Below are positions 1 to 6,655 of a stretch of 12,142 nucleotides of DNA, piece by piece (the first letter of the stretch is position 1; every line of letters begins with the position of its first letter). The stretch spans positions 1 through 12,142 of the forward strand of contig CAZPWM010000095.1 in assembly GCA_964590575.1 (NCBI GenBank), written 5' to 3'. Made by a program: the position numbers and the translations under genes. The notes below the pieces were generated by a model. It had not been told where the DNA came from. It was given only the letters and a program-made list of their open reading frames with translations, and searched no databases. The DNA comes from an uncultured archaeon (GTDB taxonomy: Archaea > Asgardarchaeota > Thorarchaeia > Thorarchaeales > Thorarchaeaceae).

Positions 1-50
1 TTTTCCTCCAAGTAGTCCCGAGGAGAGAATCTCTTTGTTTGCATAGTCAT
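1..50 (-). CDS. 5' end of a gene coupled to livF (MTMQTKRFSPRDYLEE...), truncated by the window edge; probably a Liv-type ABC permease
   Basis: Not in the ORF track. The minus-strand ATG at 50-48 overlaps the livF stop (TAATG) and the frame stays open to position 1. The product is inferred only from operon context. Confidence 0.6.
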   Translation of the reverse strand, partial: MTMQTKRFSPRDYLEE

Positions 51-769
51 TAGATGCTTACCCCCAAATATTGTGCTACAAGTGCCTTGTCTTCTATTAG
101 CTCAGCCATGTTGTTACCTTCATACACGATTTTTCCGCTATCGAAAATGTAGAAATTATCACCTAGCTTGGATACTGCTCGAAAGTTCTGTTCGACCATT
201 AAAATTGTAGCAAATTCCTTAAGTCTGTCAAGCGATTCGATAAGTTTCTTAGCCAAAAGTGGACTCAAGCCCTCTGTAGGTTCGTCTATGAGCAATAGAT
301 CATTTTCATTCATCAATGCACGAGCAACAGCTAGCATCTGTTGTTGACCACCTGATAGAGTTCCTGCTCTTTGTTTCATGAACCCTCTCATGTCAGGAAA
401 CAAATCGAAGATTAGATCCAATCGATATTGCATGTCATCTCGTGAGCTTCCTTTCCGCCTTGACACTATTAGATTCTGTTCAACTGTCAATGTTCCGAAT
501 ATCCTTCTTGTATCGGGAACATATCCAATGCCTTTGTTGACTATCTTATGGGTAGGGAGATTTGAAATCTCCTCACCCTTGAAGACAATCTTCCCCTCCG
601 TGGGTGGGTATATGCCAAGTATTGTTTTCATGGTTGTAGTTTTCCCAGCTCCGTTTCGACCGAGTAACAGAGTGACTTCTCCTTTAGGTACTACCAATGA
701 GATTCCTTGCAGAATGTAAAAGGAACCGATGTACACGTGAGCATTTTGTATTTCAAGCAAGTTCTTCAT
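50..769 (-). CDS. livF: Branched-chain amino acid-type (HAAT family) ABC transporter ATP-binding subunit LivF
   Basis: Walker A GRNGAGKTT, signature LSGGQQQMLA, Walker B LLLIDEPTEGL, VEQN switch and C-terminal YLG. ATG at 769 is preferred over GTG at 778 because AGGTGG lies just upstream of it. Confidence 0.92.
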   Translation of the reverse strand: MKNLLEIQNAHVYIGSFYILQGISLVVPKGEVTLLLGRNGAGKTTTMKTILGIYPPTEGKIVFKGEEISNLPTHKIVNKGIGYVPDTRRIFGTLTVEQNLIVSRRKGSSRDDMQYRLDLIFDLFPDMRGFMKQRAGTLSGGQQQMLAVARALMNENDLLLIDEPTEGLSPLLAKKLIESLDRLKEFATILMVEQNFRAVSKLGDNFYIFDSGKIVYEGNNMAELIEDKALVAQYLGVSI

Positions 770-1547
770 CTGTACCACCTAAATAAGCTGTCAATACTTG
801 TTCATTTTTTTGAATCTCTTTTGGAGGACCTCTCGCAATCAGTTTTCCTTCTGATAAAACAAAAATCTCCTCACTGAGGTTCATTACTATGTCCATCTTG
901 TGCTCAACCACTAATAGTGTTAGTTGATCACCATAGGATTCCTTGACCCGCAAAATAGCGTCAATGACCTCTGGAATCTCTTCAATTGCCATTCCCGCCG
1001 CTGGTTCATCAAGTAAAAGGAGTTGCGGTTCGGTAGCTAGAGCCATAGCAATCTCAAGCTTTCTTTGTTCAGCGTGAGGTAACAGAGCAGCCGGGATATA
1101 GAGTCTTGTTGGATCAAGACCGACAATTGCGGCAATATCAAGAACCTTTTCATGAAACTCATCATATGAGCCAGCTTTCTTCAGCATTCCCAAGAAATTT
1201 ACTTTTGCACCACTACAACCTTGTGCAGCTAATCGAATATTCTCAAATGTTGTCTGATATGGGAAAATATTCGTGATCTGATAGGATCGTGATATACCAA
1301 GTCGTGTACGTTGATGCATTGAGGATCGTGTGATGTCGTGACCCTCAAAGTATATCTTTCCAGCCGAGGGAGGAAGGGCTCCTGTAATAAGATTGAAGAA
1401 AGTAGTTTTTCCTGAACCATTTGGACCGATAATAGCTTTTATCGACCCCCTTTCAATATCAAGGGTTACATCATTAACAGCTACAAGTCCACCAAAATTC
1501 TTGGATAATCTATCCGTGCTTAGAATAAATTCATTCGTTGAGGACAA
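753..1547 (-). CDS. livG: Branched-chain amino acid-type (HAAT family) ABC transporter ATP-binding subunit LivG
   Basis: FGGLVAVNDV, Walker A GPNGSGKTT, RSYQ, LLLLDEPAAG, VEHKM and C-terminal AYLG. TTG start with GAAGGAAG upstream; overlaps the livF start. Confidence 0.92.
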   Translation of the reverse strand: MSSTNEFILSTDRLSKNFGGLVAVNDVTLDIERGSIKAIIGPNGSGKTTFFNLITGALPPSAGKIYFEGHDITRSSMHQRTRLGISRSYQITNIFPYQTTFENIRLAAQGCSGAKVNFLGMLKKAGSYDEFHEKVLDIAAIVGLDPTRLYIPAALLPHAEQRKLEIAMALATEPQLLLLDEPAAGMAIEEIPEVIDAILRVKESYGDQLTLLVVEHKMDIVMNLSEEIFVLSEGKLIARGPPKEIQKNEQVLTAYLGGTDEELA

Positions 1548-1549
1548 TT

Positions 1550-1621
1550 CGACTTCCTTCTACACAATATATCTAGAGCTGGTTTTCCCCACCGACTTCC
1601 CGCTAGGCGAATAATATATCT
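1550..1621. repeat. Bipartite direct repeat CGACTTCC-N8/N12-AATATATCT (two copies)
   Basis: CGACTTCC at 1550-1557 and 1593-1600; AATATATCT at 1566-1574 and 1613-1621. Confidence 0.6.
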
Positions 1622-1626
1622 TTTGG
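1612..1626 (-). promoter_or_regulatory. Putative archaeal-type BRE/TATA promoter of the liv operon
   Basis: The minus strand reads CCAAAAGATATATTA (A-rich BRE-like run followed by a TATA-like box), about 65 nt upstream of the livG start. Confidence 0.4.
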
Positions 1627-1649
1627 ATTTAACAGAAGAAACATTATGA

Positions 1650-1677
1650 TTACTGAGAAGAGGAAAGGCTTCAGTAA
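1650..1677. promoter_or_regulatory. Inverted repeat TTACTGA-N14-TCAGTAA, candidate regulator site or hairpin
   Basis: Perfect 7-bp arms at 1650-1656 and 1671-1677 in the divergent intergenic region. Confidence 0.35.
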
Positions 1678-1712
1678 GACTAATACTTAGCAATGTCTAG
1701 ATTCTGAATCAA

Positions 1713-1720
1713 GAGGAGGT
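1713..1720 (+). promoter_or_regulatory. Shine-Dalgarno site of the acyl-CoA synthetase
   Basis: GAGGAGGT, 6 nt before ATG 1727. Confidence 0.75.
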
Positions 1721-1726
1721 TTTGTG

Positions 1727-3250
1727 ATGGACCTGAAAGATTGGTCTTGGATAGGCGACTGGACTGGAAGAAGAGCATTGTTAACTCCTAATAGGGAAGC
1801 AATAGTTGACAACATTCAGAAAAAGAGATACACGTTCAAAGATATGGATAAACGCGCAAATCAAGTCGCAAGATTATTACTCGATTCAGGAGTTCGAAAG
1901 GGAAACCGAGTAGCGGTCTATTCCAAGAATAGGTTCGATTTTCTAGACCTCCTCTTTGCTTGCGGAAAGATAGGCGCCATTCTTACCCCCTTCAACATTC
2001 GGCTTACTAAACCTGAGGTTGAACACCTCATAAAAAAAACACAGCCCTCCATTGTTTTCTATGACCCCGATATGGGGACTCAGTTTGATGAACTCCGTTC
2101 CTATCTGGGAAATCAGGACATAGTCGTCATGGGCGATGAAGCATTTGATTCAGATCCCAGTATCTACTCACTCATGACCAAAAAATCTTCCAGAGCAGTA
2201 GAACGACCTGCACTCACTCTGGATGATCCTTACTTGATCGTTTTTACTGGAGGTACTACTGGATTACCCAAGGGTGCTATTCTATCCCATGGTCTGGTAT
2301 TTTGGAACTCAGTTAATACGATTGTTTCATGGGGACTTAGACCAGACGACATCCAACCACTTCTTTTCCCTCTCTTTCATACCGGCGGTATCAATGTTCT
2401 CTTGGTTCCTTTCTATCATTTAGGAGCCAAGTCTATCGTCATGGGCGATTTCGATGTAGATGCGACTTTGAATGTTATTGAGGAAGAGAAATGTTCCATT
2501 GTCATTGCTGTTCCAACAATGTTCAATATGATGTCCGAGTCTACAAATTTCGCAAAGACTAACTTTGACAGTGTTCGTGTCTTTATTAGTGGCGGTGCTC
2601 CCTGTCCTGTGGCGATAATGGAGAAGTACTGGGAACGTGGCAAGATACTCAAGATGGGATATGGTCTTACTGAAGTTGGTCCAAATAATTTCTATCTGCC
2701 AGAGAGCGAGGTTAAGCGAAAACCGTCGAGTGTTGGCTTCCCCGTCTTTCATTGTGATATGAGAGTTGTGGATGATCATGGCAATGATGTGCCAGCAGGT
2801 GACCATGGAGAGTTGCTGCTCCGTGGGCCTCACATTTTCTCTGGGTATTGGGATGAACCTGAAGAAACAGCTAAAACACTCGAGCCTGATGGTTGGGTTC
2901 ATACAGGTGATCTCGTTATGAAAGACGAGGAAGGATTCTATTTCATCACAGGACGTAAAAAAGACATGTTCATCTCTGGAGGTGAGAATATCTATCCCAC
3001 TGAAATTGAAGAACTCCTTTACAAACACCCCTCGGTATTGGAAGCTGCAGTAGTAGGTGTTCCTCATGAGAAGTGGGGCGAGGTGGGGAAAGCAGTCATT
3101 GTATTAAAACCAGGCAAGAGTCTAAGTGAGGAACAGATCCTAGAATATCTTGACGGAAAGCTTGCACGCTACAAAATACCAAAACAATACGAATTTAGAG
3201 ATGAATTACCAAAAAGTGCAGCTGGAAAGATTCTGAAACGCGATTTATAA
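1727..3250 (+). CDS. AMP-forming acyl-CoA synthetase (fatty-acid-CoA ligase / MenE-like ANL family)
   Basis: AMP-binding loop FTGGTTGLPKG, PLFHTGG, GYGLTE, GWVHTGD, GRKKDMFISGGENIYP and terminal lysine motif PKSAAGKILK. ATG 1727 fits SD spacing better than GTG 1724. Confidence 0.9.
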   Translation: MDLKDWSWIGDWTGRRALLTPNREAIVDNIQKKRYTFKDMDKRANQVARLLLDSGVRKGNRVAVYSKNRFDFLDLLFACGKIGAILTPFNIRLTKPEVEHLIKKTQPSIVFYDPDMGTQFDELRSYLGNQDIVVMGDEAFDSDPSIYSLMTKKSSRAVERPALTLDDPYLIVFTGGTTGLPKGAILSHGLVFWNSVNTIVSWGLRPDDIQPLLFPLFHTGGINVLLVPFYHLGAKSIVMGDFDVDATLNVIEEEKCSIVIAVPTMFNMMSESTNFAKTNFDSVRVFISGGAPCPVAIMEKYWERGKILKMGYGLTEVGPNNFYLPESEVKRKPSSVGFPVFHCDMRVVDDHGNDVPAGDHGELLLRGPHIFSGYWDEPEETAKTLEPDGWVHTGDLVMKDEEGFYFITGRKKDMFISGGENIYPTEIEELLYKHPSVLEAAVVGVPHEKWGEVGKAVIVLKPGKSLSEEQILEYLDGKLARYKIPKQYEFRDELPKSAAGKILKRDL

Positions 3251-3271
3251 AATTAGATGAGGTTGATGCTG

Positions 3272-4297
3272 ATGCCAAAGAATACTATCGGAATTGAATC
3301 TATTGGTATATATATCCCAAAAGAACGTCATACAGCTGAATATATCTCAAGCAAGTCCGGAACACCTGTTGAGGTCATTAAGACAAAAATGGGAATGCTT
3401 AGCAAAGCAGTTCCGGGGAAGGATGACCATACCGTCGCAATGGGAGTAAAAGCTGCTAAGATTGCGATTGAGCGGGCAGGAATCGATCCTGCGAAGGATA
3501 TTGATCTTGTGATTTGGGCTGGCGAGGTATATGCTGAACGTCCTATGCAGACTTATGCTATCAAGTTCCAAGGTGAGATTGGAGCGACCAGGGCATGGGC
3601 TTTCGATGTCAACCAGAGATGCGGTACTATTGTTGTTGCCATGATTCTCGCAAAATCACTCATGCAGACTCATGGCTATGAACGTGTCATCATCGGAAGC
3701 GGTTATCGGAATTCAGACCTAATCGATTATGGGAACATAAGAACACGATTCATGCATGACTTGGCTGCTAGCGGAGTTGCTATGATACTTCGTTCCAATT
3801 ACGATAGAAACATCGTATTGGAAGGTAGCGTTATCTCTGATGGCCAGTTTTCTGAGGATGTCTATGTTCCAGCTGGTGGAACAGTTATGCCCATCTCATG
3901 TGATGCAATTGAAAAGGGGTTAATCTACCTCGACGTTACTGATCCTGAAGGTCTCAAACAACGTCTAGACAGATTATCAATGAAGAATTTCATCGCTGTT
4001 GTTGATCAGTCTCTTGAACGTAGCGGATATACTCGAAAGGATATTGATTATTTGGGACTCATTCGGATGAAACGAAGTGCGTTTGAATATGTAGCGAATG
4101 AGCTCGGAGTAGACCCCTATGAGCAATCCACATATTTTGAAGAATGGGGTCACATGGGCCAGAATGATTCAATTGTATCGCTTGAGGAGGGTCTAAAAAG
4201 TGGCAAGATTAAGGATGGAAACATTGTTGTTCTAACTGCAGCAGGAATTGGTTGGTCTTGGAATGCCATGACCATCAAATGGGGCAAGGAGAAATGA
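3272..4297 (+). CDS. 3-oxoacyl-ACP synthase III (FabH/KAS III)-like thiolase-fold condensing enzyme, atypical active site
   Basis: IGIESIGIYIP N-terminus, AFDVNQRCGT with the catalytic Cys, WGHMGQND and GNIVVLTAAGIGWSW C-terminus. ATG 3272 follows GAGGTTGA; alternative starts at 3257 and 3266. Confidence 0.85.
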   Translation: MPKNTIGIESIGIYIPKERHTAEYISSKSGTPVEVIKTKMGMLSKAVPGKDDHTVAMGVKAAKIAIERAGIDPAKDIDLVIWAGEVYAERPMQTYAIKFQGEIGATRAWAFDVNQRCGTIVVAMILAKSLMQTHGYERVIIGSGYRNSDLIDYGNIRTRFMHDLAASGVAMILRSNYDRNIVLEGSVISDGQFSEDVYVPAGGTVMPISCDAIEKGLIYLDVTDPEGLKQRLDRLSMKNFIAVVDQSLERSGYTRKDIDYLGLIRMKRSAFEYVANELGVDPYEQSTYFEEWGHMGQNDSIVSLEEGLKSGKIKDGNIVVLTAAGIGWSWNAMTIKWGKEK

Positions 4298-4725
4298 ACG
4301 AAATGAAAGTTACAAAATATTCGGATATAAAAATGGGTCAATCAGCAGAAGTTGTTCATACCATTACTAAAGAGGACATTCAGGTCTTTGGAGACCTCAG
4401 TGGAGATTACAACCCGCTTCACTTTAATGAAGACTGGGCAAAGACGACCATGTTTGGAGGTCGAATTGCCCATGGTATTCTAACGGTTTCTTTCATAAGT
4501 GCTGCAATTGGTATGCATTTGCCTGGACCTGGTACAATCTATATGAGTCAGAGTATGCGTTTTCTTGGTCCTGTGAGGATTGGTGATACAATCACAGCTC
4601 GTGTAGAAGTAGTCTTGTTGAATGATGAAAAGGAACGAGTGACCTTGAAGACCACTTGTACAAACCAAGATGGAAAAATAGTCATGGATGGAGAAGCGCT
4701 TGTTACATTAATGAAGATGGACTGA
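4294..4725 (+). CDS. MaoC/PhaJ-family (R)-specific enoyl-CoA hydratase (hot-dog fold)
   Basis: Hydratase-2 motif FGDLSGDYNPLH (Asp/His dyad), RIAHG, LPGPG and FLGPVRIGD. ATG 4294 overlaps the upstream stop (ATGA); alternative start at 4303. The track start 4252 lies inside the upstream gene. Confidence 0.88.
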   Translation: MNEMKVTKYSDIKMGQSAEVVHTITKEDIQVFGDLSGDYNPLHFNEDWAKTTMFGGRIAHGILTVSFISAAIGMHLPGPGTIYMSQSMRFLGPVRIGDTITARVEVVLLNDEKERVTLKTTCTNQDGKIVMDGEALVTLMKMD

Positions 4726-4759
4726 GAGTAATTTCACTTACCCTCTTGTTTATTTTCTT
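4724..4759 (+). terminator. Putative terminator: weak hairpin plus T-rich tract
   Basis: GAGAGTAA (4724-4731) pairs with TTACCCTC (4738-4745) with one mismatch and is followed by TTGTTTATTTTCTT, right after the MaoC stop. Confidence 0.45.
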
Positions 4760-4841
4760 ATCATATACAATAAAAGGAGCGTCCACCATCAGAAAGATAA
4801 GGCCTAATGAATATTAGAAACAAAGCACGAGGTAGAGGAAT

Positions 4842-5744
4842 TTGGCGGAGCAAAAAGAAGACGTCCTTCCTGTCATTCATCTGCGGATTCGTATTTCCAG
4901 ACCCCTTGAGGAAGTTTGGCAAAAGTTTCTGGATCCTGTCATCATGCTTCAATGGCTAGGTGATGAAATCAGTGCAGATGTTCGAGCAGGCGGTACTATC
5001 CGTTTTCTTGGACCCAATGCTCCCACAACGCCTGAGCTTGCTAACTACTGGGACATCAAAGAGGTCAAGGAACAGAAAGTGCTTCTTCTCAGCTGGAGAA
5101 TTATGGGTGTAGATACGTTGCTCGTCATTAGATTCAATCCCATAGGTCCCGGTACAATGATTCAGGTGAATCATGGTGCTGTTCCGGTTTCAGCTCGGAA
5201 TTACCACTTGCCTGAGCATTGGAATCTCCTACTTGCGAATTTTAAGGCAGCAGTCGAACTTGGAGCACCAGCAATACGGTTCGATTTTTCTAATTATCAC
5301 CCTCTGCGAATCACACGATATGACCCTACTGATGTGCGAATTAGTGTCGTCTGCAAAACGCCTCCATCATTGCCATTTGACGTATGGACCAACCCAGAGA
5401 AATTGAAACATTTCATTCGTGCTGATGCTCCAGTGGTAGATCAACAATATGCGGGCATCTATACTTGGTGGGCTGAAGGCAAAGGTCCTGTTGTATTCAA
5501 GAAGATGGTTCAAGACCGTGAACTAGAGTTCTCCTGGGTACATGGTAATGAACCAGAAACCCTTGTTAATGTCCGATTTGAAATGGTCAATGAACATACC
5601 CTAGTCACTCTCCATCATCATGCATTCAGGTCACCTGAGGCTGTGGTGGGTTACGATATCGGTTGGACAGGTATACTTGCTGAACTCAAACTTGTTTGTG
5701 AACTTGGCGAGTCAGGCATCGAGCGGATTAGTGACTGGGGATAA
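4842..5744 (+). CDS. Tandem SRPBCC (AHSA1/START-like) domain protein
   Basis: Two similar halves: ISRPLEEVWQKFLDPVIMLQWL...HWNLLLANFKAAVELG and KTPPSLPFDVWTNPEKLKHF...GWTGILAELKLVCELG. TTG start preceded by GAGGTAGAGG. Confidence 0.78.
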   Translation: MAEQKEDVLPVIHLRIRISRPLEEVWQKFLDPVIMLQWLGDEISADVRAGGTIRFLGPNAPTTPELANYWDIKEVKEQKVLLLSWRIMGVDTLLVIRFNPIGPGTMIQVNHGAVPVSARNYHLPEHWNLLLANFKAAVELGAPAIRFDFSNYHPLRITRYDPTDVRISVVCKTPPSLPFDVWTNPEKLKHFIRADAPVVDQQYAGIYTWWAEGKGPVVFKKMVQDRELEFSWVHGNEPETLVNVRFEMVNEHTLVTLHHHAFRSPEAVVGYDIGWTGILAELKLVCELGESGIERISDWG

Positions 5745-5754
5745 TTGATTTTAC

Positions 5755-6516
5755 TTATACTGCAAAGAGTAGTAGTTCAGGAAATAGAAACCACCACATG
5801 GTGAAAGCAGTTATTATTGGAATGAAGAAATTATCAGTCCACCCAATACTCAGATACTCTGCAATGGTTGAGCAAAGAGCAATAATAATGATTTGCGGTA
5901 GAACAACCAAGATGATGGTGTCAGGAGAGAAGAATGCCAATGAGGTCATAACTGAAAGAATTGTAAAAATAAAAACTCCCATGCTCCCCTCAATAGATTT
6001 ATGGCCATGCATTCGTCTGATAATCTTCCCTCTAAACGGTCGTCCAATTATTTCTCCTGCCGCATCTCCCCAAGAAACTGCAAGGATGGCTGCTACAAAG
6101 ATTTCTGGCCTTTGGAAAAATAAAAGGAACACTGCTCCAAATGAAACGAGCCCCATAAAACCTGAAGCAAATGTGTTGAGTCGGGATTCATCCTCGCGAC
6201 TCCCAGCTATGAGCAAATCCAAGATTAGCTCACTCTTATGAGCCCAAGCGTACATGAGAATCGTCAGGAAAATCCCGGCTGCAAACGCAGGACCGCTAAG
6301 ATTAGAATATACTACTAATGTCAGTCCAATCGTCGTACCCATCGAGATATGAACAAGCTTTCTTGGTTTCCATTTAGACATACCTGAGGCTGCCATATAG
6401 TATGCCATTGTAAGAACCACTGAAACAATCAACCCCGTTGCTATCGCCATGCCGATATCAAGAGGGGATAGTTCCCCAAAGACAAGATCCACCATCTTAG
6501 ACAGCACAGAATACAT
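5755..6516 (-). CDS. CTP-dependent polyprenol/diacylglycerol kinase family membrane protein (phytol kinase VTE5 / dolichol kinase SEC59 / DGK1-like)
   Basis: Several hydrophobic segments plus family motifs RKLVHI, WGDAAGEIIGRPF, KSIEGS and DNFFIP. Alternative start at 6495. Confidence 0.82.
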   Translation of the reverse strand: MYSVLSKMVDLVFGELSPLDIGMAIATGLIVSVVLTMAYYMAASGMSKWKPRKLVHISMGTTIGLTLVVYSNLSGPAFAAGIFLTILMYAWAHKSELILDLLIAGSREDESRLNTFASGFMGLVSFGAVFLLFFQRPEIFVAAILAVSWGDAAGEIIGRPFRGKIIRRMHGHKSIEGSMGVFIFTILSVMTSLAFFSPDTIILVVLPQIIIIALCSTIAEYLSIGWTDNFFIPIITAFTMWWFLFPELLLFAV

Positions 6517-6655
6517 GCCGGTACTATTTCATTATTGTTATTCTGTTGTTAATTGGGTCTTTCGTCCGTTCTTACTCACTTGATAACAGGTAAAATTTTG
6601 AACATTCATCTAGATTTATCTACTAATTGCTATCTCAGATAAGTAGTGATTTTAA

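Noticed and set aside
378-1614. Track ORFs 378..719(+), 1229..1420(-) and 1393..1614(+)
   Set aside because: Antisense or alternate-frame shadows of livF/livG with no recognisable motifs.
2416-3067. 215-aa and 78-aa minus-strand ORFs
   Set aside because: Antisense to the well-supported CoA ligase; no motifs.
1727-3250. Calling the ligase menE (menaquinone biosynthesis)
   Set aside because: No other men genes in the window, and the visible motifs are general to the ANL family.
4804-4817. Dyad CTAAT-GAAT-ATTAG upstream of the SRPBCC gene
   Set aside because: Only 5-bp AT-rich arms; cannot be distinguished from chance.
3347-5406. Short ORFs 3347..3571, 4150..4341, 4480..4668, 4761..4952, 4956..5174 and 5173..5406
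   Set aside because: They overlap supported genes in other frames or strands and lack domain signatures.
6531-6554. Low-complexity ATT/GTT run (ATTATTGTTATTCTGTTGTTAATT)
   Set aside because: Short and imperfect; expected in AT-rich intergenic DNA.
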